Below are positions 37,406 through 46,065 of a stretch of DNA of 64,000 nucleotides, piece by piece; position 1 is the stretch's first letter, and every line of letters begins with the position of its first letter. The DNA comes from Candidatus Polarisedimenticolia bacterium (GTDB lineage Bacteria; Chloroflexota; Limnocylindria; Limnocylindrales; CSP1-4), in NCBI GenBank assembly GCA_035649355.1, contig DASRJS010000009.1, positions 4,906-68,905 on the forward strand, read 5' to 3'. Position numbers and translations under genes: made by a program. The notes under the pieces were generated by a model that searched no databases, was not told where the DNA came from, and saw only the letters and a program-made list of their open reading frames with translations.

Positions 37406-38274
37406 GCGGCGCACCGGAGTTCGGCGCCGAGTGGAGCGCCTCGCTGCGACGGGGCAGCGACGCCGAGCTCCGCGGCTGGGTGATGGCCGCCCTCGGGTGG
37501 GCCGAGGAGGCCGACGCGATCGCGCTCGAGCACTTCCGCCAGGACGTCGAGGTCAAGCGCAAGCCGGATCGCAGCTTCGTCACCGCCGCCGACATGGCCA
37601 TCGAGCGCCTGGTCCGCGACCGCGTCGCAACTACGTTTCCGGAGCATGGCGTCATCGGCGAGGAGTACGGCACCGACCGAGCTGGCGCGGCAGTCCGCTG
37701 GATCGTCGACCCGATCGATGGCACGCACAACTACCTCCGCGGCGTTCCGGTGTTCGCGACCCTGCTGGCGGTCGAGCGCGACGGCGAGCTCCAGGCCGGC
37801 GTGCTCTCGGCGCCCGCCCTCAACAGGCGGTGGCATGCCTGGCGGGGCGGGGGAGCGTGGGCGACCTGGTCGGGTGGCACCGCCGCTGCACCGCGCCGGA
37901 TCCGCGTCTCAGGGATCGGAAGCCTTGATGAGGCGCAGGTTCTCTACGCGGGGACGCGCGACGTGGTGGGATCGGGCCATGCGCCAGGCTTCGAGACCGT
38001 CCTCGACGCCGCCTGGCGGGAACGCGGTCTTGGTGACTTCTGGGGGTACACGCTGATCGGGGAAGGTGCGGCGGAGGCGATGATCGAGGTCGATTTGTCG
38101 ATCTGGGACACCGCGGCGCCGGCCGTGCTCGTCGAGGAAGCTGGCGGCAGGGTCACGACCTTTGATGGGCGTCGCGATGTCAGCGGCGCGACGTTCCTGG
38201 CCACGAATGGCACGATCCACGAGACCGTACGTTCGATGCTCATCACCGCGCCCGAAGGAGGGGAGTCCCGATGA
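37402..38274 (+). CDS. inositol monophosphatase family protein (HisN/IMPase-like phosphatase)
   Basis: GEEYG, WIVDPIDGTHNY and WDTAAPAVLVEEAGG are present. The GTG at 37402 overlaps the upstream stop (GTGA). Confidence 0.85.
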   Translation: MSGAPEFGAEWSASLRRGSDAELRGWVMAALGWAEEADAIALEHFRQDVEVKRKPDRSFVTAADMAIERLVRDRVATTFPEHGVIGEEYGTDRAGAAVRWIVDPIDGTHNYLRGVPVFATLLAVERDGELQAGVLSAPALNRRWHAWRGGGAWATWSGGTAAAPRRIRVSGIGSLDEAQVLYAGTRDVVGSGHAPGFETVLDAAWRERGLGDFWGYTLIGEGAAEAMIEVDLSIWDTAAPAVLVEEAGGRVTTFDGRRDVSGATFLATNGTIHETVRSMLITAPEGGESR

Positions 38275-38978
38275 CCGCCGAGGGAATGCCCAGCCCGTCC
38301 GAGTCCTCCGCCCGCCGGGCGCAGTTCCTGGCCACGGAGCACTGGAGCCTGCTCGCGACTCGCTCAATGAGCTGGAACGAGTCGTTCTCGCGGACGTCGA
38401 TGTTCCTTACGTCACTGTCGACCGCGACGGTGGCCCTGGCGCTCGTCGGTTCCGCGACAGGGTTCGGCCCGGAGTTTGTCGTGTTCGCCGTCGTCGTCCT
38501 GTCGATCACCTTGTTCCTGGGCGTCGCCACATTCGTCCGGCTCACGCAGGTCAACAACGAGGACTTCTACTGGGTCGCCGGGATGAACCGGTTGCGCGGC
38601 GTCTATGCCCGCCTCGAGCCTGGCATCGAGGACGAGTTCGTCACCGGGACGACCCTCGATGTGCCCGGATTCGCGCTGTCGTACGCGGCGATGCAGGTCA
38701 CCGGCTGGTCGCCGCTCCACTTCTTCGTCACGACACCCGGCGTCGTCGGCGTGATCTGCTCGGTCCTCGCCGGTGTCGTCGCCGGACTCTTCACGCTCCA
38801 GGTCGCGCCCGCGATGACGCCCGCGCTCGGGATCGGCGTCGTGGTGTCGATCATCTCGTCGGTGCTGCTGGTGACATACGCGAGGCGCGATGCCACGGCC
38901 TATATCGCGCGGATGATCCGCTTCCAGGGCGACCCCGAAGCGCCGACTCCGGCCGCCGGGTCGGAGGCTGACCGATGA
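38271..38978 (+). CDS. uncharacterised membrane protein, tandem paralogue A
   Basis: A cytoplasmic N-terminus with AQFLATEHWSLLATRSMSWNESFSRTSMFLTSLS is followed by TM helices. Its ATG overlaps the upstream stop. Confidence 0.65.
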   Translation: MTAEGMPSPSESSARRAQFLATEHWSLLATRSMSWNESFSRTSMFLTSLSTATVALALVGSATGFGPEFVVFAVVVLSITLFLGVATFVRLTQVNNEDFYWVAGMNRLRGVYARLEPGIEDEFVTGTTLDVPGFALSYAAMQVTGWSPLHFFVTTPGVVGVICSVLAGVVAGLFTLQVAPAMTPALGIGVVVSIISSVLLVTYARRDATAYIARMIRFQGDPEAPTPAAGSEADR

Positions 38979-39697
38979 CCGCCGAGACCCCGCCACCCGC
39001 GGGACCACCGTCGACGCCGGACGAAGGACAGGCTCGACCGGTCGACGATCCGCGGGCGGCCCAGATCCTTGCAACGGAGCATTGGAGCTTGATCGCCGGA
39101 CGCTCGCTGGCCTACAACGAGGCGTTCACCCGGGCAGGCATGTTCCTGACGTTCCTGTCGGCGAGCCTCATCGTCGTCGGCTTCCTCGTCGCTTCGGATC
39201 GCTTCGCCGAGGCGGTGATCCCGATCGTGATCCTCCTGCTGGCGGTCAACCTGTTCGTCGGCATGGCAACGCTCGGTCGGATCTTCGACAGTGGCATCGA
39301 GGAGCTTGCCGCGGTGCGCGGGATGAACCGCATTCGGCACGCCTACACCGAGATGATCCCGGGGATCCAGCACTACTTCATCGCCTCGATCCACGACGAC
39401 CGCATCGGCGTCACTTCCGCATACGGCGGGGGGCGCCGACGCCTGTCCCCCGTGGTCGGAATTCTCCATGGATTGACCACCACGGGCGGGATGGTCGGCT
39501 CGATCAATTGCGTGCTCTTCGCCGCCCTCATCGCCGTCATCTCGCTCGGTCTTGATGCGCCGGTCGGCCTCGCGCTCGGACTCAGCGTCGGGGCATTCTT
39601 CGCCGGCCTCGTCGTCTTCACGGTATGGGGCTATCGGACCATTGCCCGGTTGACCCTGTTCGAGAACCCGATGTTCCCGTCGCCGCCGGAGTCATAG
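38975..39697 (+). CDS. uncharacterised membrane protein, tandem paralogue B
   Basis: It shares AQILATEHWSLIAGRSLAYNEAFTRAGMFLTFLS and GMNRIRHAY (GMNRLRGVY in A) with the preceding gene. The junction is an ATGA overlap. Confidence 0.65.
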   Translation: MTAETPPPAGPPSTPDEGQARPVDDPRAAQILATEHWSLIAGRSLAYNEAFTRAGMFLTFLSASLIVVGFLVASDRFAEAVIPIVILLLAVNLFVGMATLGRIFDSGIEELAAVRGMNRIRHAYTEMIPGIQHYFIASIHDDRIGVTSAYGGGRRRLSPVVGILHGLTTTGGMVGSINCVLFAALIAVISLGLDAPVGLALGLSVGAFFAGLVVFTVWGYRTIARLTLFENPMFPSPPES

Positions 39698-39755
39698 CCC
39701 GGCCGGACGATCGGGCCGCTCGCCCTGACGAGGCCGCCCGCCTAGGCTGGGCCGC

Positions 39756-40970
39756 ATGTCGGATCGGGGGACCCGCGTGGCCGCGCTGCTCTTCGGCCTC
39801 GCCGGGGCCGTAACGCTCGCGCTCCTCTTTGGGCAGGCTCGGCTTCCCGCGAACCCCGACGTCAGCCTTCCGACTGAGACGAGCGGTGCCCTCGCGCTCG
39901 AGCCGGACGCACGCACCACGGGCTCCGCCGCGCCCGGGCAGACCTCCACCGCCGGACCGAACGCGCCGTCGAGCGCCGCCGCGTCGCCGTCGATCGCCGC
40001 GCTTGCCACCACCCATCCTGCTGCGAGCCAGGCGCCGGCACCAACGAAGAAGCCGAACCCGACCGCTCCGCCGACCCCCGCTCCCACGCCGGCGCCAACG
40101 CCCGGGCCGACTCTCGCCCCAACGCCACCGCCGGCTCCGCCGCCATCGCTCGCGAGCTGCGACATCTTCCCGGCGTCGAACGTCTGGAACCGGCCGGTGA
40201 ACGGCCTCCCGGTCGCCTCGAACTCGGACGCGATGGTCGCGGCGATCGGGCTCGGCGCGGGGCTGCATCCCGACTTCAGCGACGGCGGCTGGTACGGCAT
40301 CCCGTTCAACGTCGTCGGCACGGCGACGCCGCGCTCGACCGTCAGCTTCCAGTACGACGACGAGTCCGATCACGTCGGCTACCCGATCCCGGCGAGCCCG
40401 GCGATCGAGGGTGGTTCGGACCGTCACATCCTCATGGTCGAGACGAACGAGTGCCGGCTGTACGAGCTGTTCGCGGCGCAGAAGTCGGGCAGCTCGTGGT
40501 CGGCCGGTTCAGGCGCGACGTGGGATCTCGGCTCGAACGCGCTCCGCACTGCGGGCTGGACGAGCGCGGACGCCGCCGGGCTGCCGATCTTCCCGGGTCT
40601 CGTCCGCTACGAGGAGGTCGCCGCGGGCGCCATCCACCACGCGATTCGGTTCACGGCACCATCGACCTGCAACGGCTACATCTACCCGGCCCGCCACCAG
40701 GCCGGCAGCGGCTCGTGTGCGGTCAACCCGCCGATGGGCCTGCGCGTTCGGTTGAAGGCATCGGTCGACATCTCGGGCTTCGGCCCGCAGGCGCGGATCG
40801 TCCTCCAGGCGTTGAAGACGTACGGGATGCTGCTCGCCGACAACGGTTCGCCGTGGTACATCACCGGCGCGCCGAGCCACGGCTGGGACGACGACGACCT
40901 CCACGACCTCGGCCAGGTCCACGGCGATGCGTTCGAGGTCGTCGACACGGCCGGCTTCGTCAACGGCTAG
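39756..40970 (+). CDS. secreted hypothetical protein with Pro/Ala/Thr-rich linker
   Basis: A signal-like N-terminus (RVAALLFGLAGAVTLALLFGQA) is followed by a long PAPTP-type linker. The conserved-looking C-terminal domain of about 270 aa contains HHAIRFT, YPARHQAG and MLLADNGSPWYITG. Confidence 0.7.
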   Translation: MSDRGTRVAALLFGLAGAVTLALLFGQARLPANPDVSLPTETSGALALEPDARTTGSAAPGQTSTAGPNAPSSAAASPSIAALATTHPAASQAPAPTKKPNPTAPPTPAPTPAPTPGPTLAPTPPPAPPPSLASCDIFPASNVWNRPVNGLPVASNSDAMVAAIGLGAGLHPDFSDGGWYGIPFNVVGTATPRSTVSFQYDDESDHVGYPIPASPAIEGGSDRHILMVETNECRLYELFAAQKSGSSWSAGSGATWDLGSNALRTAGWTSADAAGLPIFPGLVRYEEVAAGAIHHAIRFTAPSTCNGYIYPARHQAGSGSCAVNPPMGLRVRLKASVDISGFGPQARIVLQALKTYGMLLADNGSPWYITGAPSHGWDDDDLHDLGQVHGDAFEVVDTAGFVNG

Positions 40971-40973
40971 GCC

Positions 40974-41588
40974 TCAGGCCAGGTCCTTCCGCATCAGCCA
41001 GCGCGGCCTTCCGGCGCTGTGCGCGTCGGTCAGCAGGACGCGCCGGAACCCGGCGGCCTCGAACATCGGCGTGAAGCCAACGAACCCGAACCCGACGTCG
41101 ACCCGCGTCCCCTCCGGATCGATCGGGTAGGCCTCGAGCGCCGGCGCACCCTGCGCACGGACATGTTCGATCGCGGCGTCGAGGAGCGCCTTTGCAACGC
41201 CACGACGCCTGAAGCCCACCCTGATGTTGAAGCAGCCGAGCGACCAGACCGGCAGGTCGTCGACCGTCGGGATCGTTCGCGAGTTGACCATCCGCGGCAA
41301 CGCCGCGCGCGGTCCGATGCCGCACCAGCCGACCGGCTCGCCGTCGAGATAGGCGATCAGCCCGGGTGCAAACGCGCCGCTCTCGATTTGAGACTCCAGC
41401 AGCATCCGATTGCGGCCGGGGTCGCCGCGACCGAACGCCGAATCGACGCCGCGCCAAGCCTGGCACCAGCAACCCCGATCGCTGTTCCCGCCAAGGAGCG
41501 TCACGACGTCCGGCCAGCGCTCGGCCGTCGCGGGCACCACGGTCAGTCGCTCGGGTTCGATCGATTCGGGTTTCGGGCGCGGGCTCAC
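40974..41588 (-). CDS. GNAT family N-acetyltransferase (CWCQ-motif subfamily)
   Basis: GGNSDRGCWCQAWR and FRRRGVAKALLDAAIEH are present. It is a paralogue of 24071..24667. Its start overlaps the aminotransferase stop. Confidence 0.85.
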   Translation of the reverse strand: MSPRPKPESIEPERLTVVPATAERWPDVVTLLGGNSDRGCWCQAWRGVDSAFGRGDPGRNRMLLESQIESGAFAPGLIAYLDGEPVGWCGIGPRAALPRMVNSRTIPTVDDLPVWSLGCFNIRVGFRRRGVAKALLDAAIEHVRAQGAPALEAYPIDPEGTRVDVGFGFVGFTPMFEAAGFRRVLLTDAHSAGRPRWLMRKDLA

Positions 41589-42889
41589 GACTCCGCGGCG
41601 GTCAGGCTGTCCTCGAGGATCGAGAGTGCGCGGTCGACCTCGTCGGCCGTCGTGACGAGCGGCGGGATGATCCGCGAGACGTTGCCGTACGAGCCGGCCG
41701 AGAGGACGATAAGCTTCCGTTCGAGCGCACCCGCGATCACGCGCTTCGCGAGATCCGCGTCCGGCCGCCGGCCGTCGCCCACGCCTGGCTTGACGAACTC
41801 CATCGCGACCATGCAGCCCAGGCCGCGGACGTCGCCGATCGCCGGATGATCCGAGGCCAGCTCGCGAAGCCCGCCGACGAGCTGCGCGCCGCGCGCTCGG
41901 GCGTTCGCGATGAGGTCCTCATCCTCGATGACGTCGAGCGTCGCGTTCGCCGCCGCGCAGGCAACGACGTTGCCGCCGTACGTCCCGCCATGGGTGCCGG
42001 GCTTCCACTTCGCCATCAGCTCGGCTCGCGCGAGGATCCCCGAGAGCGGCAACCCGGAAGCGATGCCCTTCGCCATCACGAGGATGTCCGGCTCCACGCC
42101 CCAGTGCTGGACCGCGAACATCTCGCCGGTCCGCCCGAAGCCGGTCTGGACCTCGTCGGCGATCAGCAGAATCCCGTGCTGGCGCGTGATCTCGCGGAGG
42201 CGCGGCAGGAACGTCGGCGGCGGGACGATGTAGCCGCCCTCGCCGAGGACCGGCTCGACGATGATCGCCGCGACCCGCTCCGGGTAGATGACCTGGTGGA
42301 ACAGAAGGTCCAGCTGGGCCTCCCAGTCACAGCGGCAGTTCGCGTCCGGCGCGTGCGACCCGCCGACGAACCCGTAGCAGTTCGGGAAGCCTGTGTGGTA
42401 GACGGAGCCCGGGAGCGGTTCGAAGGCGGCACGGTAGACGTCCTTCGCCGTCGTCATTGCCATCGTCTGCGCGGTTCGCCCGTGGAAGCCGCCGCGGAAC
42501 GCGATGATCACCGGCCGGCCCGTCGCGACGCGCGCCAGCTTCACGGCCGCCTCGACCGCCTCCGCGCCCGAGTTCGACAGGAAGGCCTGCCACGGCCCGC
42601 CCGGCAGGAGGCCCTGGAGCCGCTCGTACAGCCGCAGCCCGGGCTCGTGGTAGACGATGTTCTGCTGGCCGTGGAGGAGCTTCGCGGCTTGGGCCTGGAC
42701 CGCCGCGACGACCCGGGGATGGGCGTGGCCGGTGTTCGTGACGCCGATCCCGGACGAGTAGTCGAGGTAGCGCTCGCCGTCGGTCGTGATCAGCCACGAA
42801 CCCTCGCCCCGATCGACGGTGAGGTTCGTGATCCGGCTCCAGACCGCCGGGACGACCGAGCGGTCCACGGCCGCGCCGGTCACGGTCAC
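41585..42889 (-). CDS. class III pyridoxal-phosphate aminotransferase (4-aminobutyrate/putrescine aminotransferase-like)
   Basis: SGIGVTNTGHAHP, LSNSGAEAVE, LIADEVQTGFGRTG and VMAKGIASG (PLP Lys) are present. The GTG at 42889 overlaps the permease stop. The 753-aa track ORF is over-extended. Confidence 0.9.
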   Translation of the reverse strand: MTVTGAAVDRSVVPAVWSRITNLTVDRGEGSWLITTDGERYLDYSSGIGVTNTGHAHPRVVAAVQAQAAKLLHGQQNIVYHEPGLRLYERLQGLLPGGPWQAFLSNSGAEAVEAAVKLARVATGRPVIIAFRGGFHGRTAQTMAMTTAKDVYRAAFEPLPGSVYHTGFPNCYGFVGGSHAPDANCRCDWEAQLDLLFHQVIYPERVAAIIVEPVLGEGGYIVPPPTFLPRLREITRQHGILLIADEVQTGFGRTGEMFAVQHWGVEPDILVMAKGIASGLPLSGILARAELMAKWKPGTHGGTYGGNVVACAAANATLDVIEDEDLIANARARGAQLVGGLRELASDHPAIGDVRGLGCMVAMEFVKPGVGDGRRPDADLAKRVIAGALERKLIVLSAGSYGNVSRIIPPLVTTADEVDRALSILEDSLTAAES

Positions 42890-43785
42890 TTCTCGATCGT
42901 CCGCAGCGGCGCGAAGTCTCGGACGGCCTGCCGCCGCTGCCAGAGCGTCGTGAGGATCACGAGAAGGACGGCGCTCCCGAAGATGATCGTGCCGATGACG
43001 TTGACCTGGACCGGGATGCCGCGCTGCTGCGCGCCGTAGATGTAGAGCGGGAACGTTTGGGCGTTGCCAGCGGTGAACGCCGTGATCACGTAGTCGTCGA
43101 TCGAGAGGCTGAACGCGAGCAGGGCTGCCGCGACGACGCCCGGCAGGATGAGCGGGAAGGTCACCCGCCAGAACGTCACCCACTCGTTCGCGCCGAGATC
43201 CATCGCCGCTTCCTCGAGATGACGCGGGAAGCCCTGGAGCCGCGCCTTCACGGTGACGACGACGTAGCTGATGTTGAACATCACGTGGGCGATGAAGATC
43301 GTCCGGATGCTGAGCGGGTAGAGGAGCCCTTCGGGGATGAACGGCAGTTTCGTGCTGGCGATGAACATCGTCAGGAGCGACGAGCCGAGCACGATCTCGG
43401 GCGTCGACATCGGCAGGAAGATCAGCATGTTCGTCGTGTTCCGGCCGCGGAAGCTGTAGCGCACGAGTGCGAGTGCGATCAGCGTTCCGAGGATCGTCGC
43501 GACGAGCGTCGAGCCGAACGCCACGATCAGGCTGTTCCGCACGGCATCCCCGAGCCCGATTCGACCGAGCGGATCCAGCCAGGCGTCGAACGAGAACTTC
43601 TTGAAGATGAGGTTCGACCGGCCGGTCGGGTCGTTGAAGCTGAACAGGATCATGACCGCGACGGGCAGGATCAGGTAGAGCGTGACGCCGATCGTGTAGA
43701 GCGGCAGCAGGAAGCGCTCGATGGCGACGCCGAACCGCTGGAGCGGGCTTGGCCGGCGCGAGGCGCTGATCGCCGCGGCAGACAT
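42886..43785 (-). CDS. ABC transporter permease (spermidine/putrescine PotC-like)
   Basis: It has six TM segments, a BPD_transp_1-type EAA loop (HLEEAAMDLGANEW) and polyamine-importer operon context. Confidence 0.9.
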   Translation of the reverse strand: MSAAAISASRRPSPLQRFGVAIERFLLPLYTIGVTLYLILPVAVMILFSFNDPTGRSNLIFKKFSFDAWLDPLGRIGLGDAVRNSLIVAFGSTLVATILGTLIALALVRYSFRGRNTTNMLIFLPMSTPEIVLGSSLLTMFIASTKLPFIPEGLLYPLSIRTIFIAHVMFNISYVVVTVKARLQGFPRHLEEAAMDLGANEWVTFWRVTFPLILPGVVAAALLAFSLSIDDYVITAFTAGNAQTFPLYIYGAQQRGIPVQVNVIGTIIFGSAVLLVILTTLWQRRQAVRDFAPLRTIEK

Positions 43786-44792
43786 CAGGTGGCGCCGCCC
43801 GTGAGCTCCTCGGTGCCGAGGAGGCGGGCATAGATGAGGACGCCAACGATGATCGCCGCCATGAGGATGAATGAGAGCGCAGCAGCCGTCGGATAGTCGG
43901 TGACCTTGAGGAAGCGGCCCTGGATCACGTTGCCGATCATCTGCGACTTCGGGTCGCCGAGGAGCTCGGCGTTGATGAAGTCGCCGACCGCGGGGATGAA
44001 CGTCAGCAGCGAGCCGGCGAAGATCCCCGGCAGCGACAGCGGCAGCACGACTCGGACGAAGGCCTCACTGATCAGGAACGTCCCGATCAGCCCGCCGACG
44101 ATCGCGCCGGCGATCCCGGGGATGAGCGGGTTGGCCCCGAGGATCGCGGTGACAACCGCGACGAGCAGGCCGCCGACCGCCCCGCCGACGATCGCACCTC
44201 CGGGCCGCCACGGGCCGGCGTAGAGGTCGCGGGCGGCCTCGATCAGCCGGAAGTCGATCTTCTCGAGGGCGACGTACAGCGGCAGCGTCATGAACGGCAG
44301 GAAGTTGTACGTGATCCCGGCGACCACAGCCGCGGGCGTTGCCAGGAGCCGGAAGTCGTCCGGCAGGAACCCGGCGTCCTTCAGCGGGCCGAGGACGATC
44401 CCGCTATCGGCCAGGATGATCTTCCAGGACAACGTTCGAAGCAGGAAGCTCGTGAAGAACGGGGCGATGACGAGGAACAGCAGCACGTTCTTGTACGCGC
44501 CGCCCTTGAACGCGATCGTGTATGCGAGCGGGAAGCCGAGGACGAACGCGAAGAGTGTCGCCAGGCCGCCGTACTCCGCGGATCGGAGGATCCAGGGCCA
44601 GTACTCCGACAGGCTCTCGCCGTAGATGCTCCAGTTGAACGTCTGCCGGAAGCCCTCGGTGATGTTGCCCGTCCAGAGCGAGACGAGGAACATCTGGATC
44701 GCGGGATAGACGTAGAACACGACGAGCCACGCCAGCCCCGGGACCAGCAGGAAGTACGGCGCGCTGGCCCGAGACAGGCGGAGACGCTTCAT
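43785..44792 (-). CDS. ABC transporter permease (spermidine/putrescine PotB-like)
   Basis: The TM-rich protein carries the EAA loop LIEAARDLYAGPW. It overlaps the next permease by 1 nt. Confidence 0.9.
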   Translation of the reverse strand: MKRLRLSRASAPYFLLVPGLAWLVVFYVYPAIQMFLVSLWTGNITEGFRQTFNWSIYGESLSEYWPWILRSAEYGGLATLFAFVLGFPLAYTIAFKGGAYKNVLLFLVIAPFFTSFLLRTLSWKIILADSGIVLGPLKDAGFLPDDFRLLATPAAVVAGITYNFLPFMTLPLYVALEKIDFRLIEAARDLYAGPWRPGGAIVGGAVGGLLVAVVTAILGANPLIPGIAGAIVGGLIGTFLISEAFVRVVLPLSLPGIFAGSLLTFIPAVGDFINAELLGDPKSQMIGNVIQGRFLKVTDYPTAAALSFILMAAIIVGVLIYARLLGTEELTGGAT

Positions 44793-44829
44793 GCGCTTGT
44801 CCGTTGCCGGGACGAACGGACGCGAGCGA

Positions 44830-46050
44830 TCAGAGGCCCAGCACTCGCGAGAAGTCCTCGCTCCAGGCCTGCTCCTCTTCGGCGGTGACGGATCGGAACT
44901 GATGGAGGCGGGCGACGTAGTCGTCGGGCGGGAAGATCAGCGGGTTGTCGCCGATCTCGGGATCCTCGGCCACGAGAACCTCCCGGGCGCCCTTCACCGG
45001 GCAGACGTAGTTCACCCACGCCTCGACGGCGGCCGCGTTGACCGGCTCGTAATAGAAGTTGATCCAGGCTTCCGCCTGGGCCTTGTTGACGACCCCCTTG
45101 GGCATGACCATGTTGTCCGTCCAGAGCATCCCGCCCTCCTTGGGGAGGGCCCACTGGAAGTCCTGCTCCGGGGTCTGGTCCGGGACGAGCAGGCCGCTGA
45201 CGTCGCCCGACCAGGCGATCGCCACGATCGCGTCTCCTGAGGCCATGACATCGACGTACGAGTTCCCGGTGAGCTGACGAACGAGGCCCGCCTTCACGGC
45301 GTTGTCGACCTCGGTGAGGGCCTGCTGGAACTGGTCCTCGGTGAGCTCCTCGGGCTTGAAGCCGAGCTTGATCGCGGCCAGGCCGACCGTGTCGCGCATC
45401 TCGGTGAGGTACGTGAGCTTGCCCTTGTACGTCTCGTCCCAGAAGACCTCGAGCGAGTCGAGGTCGCCGGTCTGGGCCTTGTCGAAGCCGATGCCTGTCA
45501 TCCCGGACTGCCAAGGCGCGGCCAGGTTCGTATCAGGGTCGAACGAGCGGCCGTGGTATTGGTCGAGCAGGTTGGTCGGGAAGTTCGGCGTGTTCGCGGT
45601 GTCGATCTTCTCGAGCCAGCCAAGGCGCGCGAGGCGGGCGACCATCCAGTCGGTCACGACGAAGATGTCCCACTGCGTCGCGAGGCCCTGGCTCAGCGGA
45701 CCCTGGAGATCGCGGGTGAAGAACGTCTCGTTGTCGTCGACGGCCTCGACGTAGTTGACGGTCACGCCCGTCTCGTCGGTGAACTTGTCGAGCGTCGGGT
45801 GCGTCGTGTTGTCGTCGTCGACGTCGATGTAGCCGATCCAGTTCGCGAAGTTCACGGTCCCGCCGAGCTCGCCTGGGCTCGCCGATGCGCCCGCGGATGC
45901 TTCGGTGGACGCAGCCGCCGAGGGGCTGCCGCCCGTGCCGTCCGTGCCGCACGCCGCGAGGAACGCGGCGAAGCCCGCCAGGGCCGAGCCCTGGAGGAAC
46001 GTGCGGCGGTCCAGCGGTGTGGCGATCGGGCTGCGATCGTGCTCGGTCAT
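44830..46050 (-). CDS. extracellular solute-binding lipoprotein (polyamine PotD/PotF-like), Tat signal
   Basis: The twin-arginine motif DRRTFLQGSALAGFAAFLAACG carries a lipobox Cys. The body is a periplasmic binding protein. Confidence 0.9.
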   Translation of the reverse strand: MTEHDRSPIATPLDRRTFLQGSALAGFAAFLAACGTDGTGGSPSAAASTEASAGASASPGELGGTVNFANWIGYIDVDDDNTTHPTLDKFTDETGVTVNYVEAVDDNETFFTRDLQGPLSQGLATQWDIFVVTDWMVARLARLGWLEKIDTANTPNFPTNLLDQYHGRSFDPDTNLAAPWQSGMTGIGFDKAQTGDLDSLEVFWDETYKGKLTYLTEMRDTVGLAAIKLGFKPEELTEDQFQQALTEVDNAVKAGLVRQLTGNSYVDVMASGDAIVAIAWSGDVSGLLVPDQTPEQDFQWALPKEGGMLWTDNMVMPKGVVNKAQAEAWINFYYEPVNAAAVEAWVNYVCPVKGAREVLVAEDPEIGDNPLIFPPDDYVARLHQFRSVTAEEEQAWSEDFSRVLGL

Positions 46051-46065
46051 CGTGGTGACTCCTTC

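Noticed and set aside
34943-37414. 823-aa ORF on the minus strand spanning the entire DMGO-like gene 2
   Set aside because: The plus-strand product has clear FAD-binding and GcvT motifs. The antisense product is an Arg/Asp/Pro-rich low-complexity string. Stop-free antisense frames are expected when third codon positions are almost all G/C.
40020-40150. Repetitive CCG/ACG/GCG-rich DNA that could look like a tandem repeat array
   Set aside because: It is the in-frame Pro/Ala/Thr linker of the secreted protein (APTPAPTPAPTP…). It is not a CRISPR or VNTR-type non-coding repeat. The same applies to the Ser/Pro/Ala linker at about 30600-30780.
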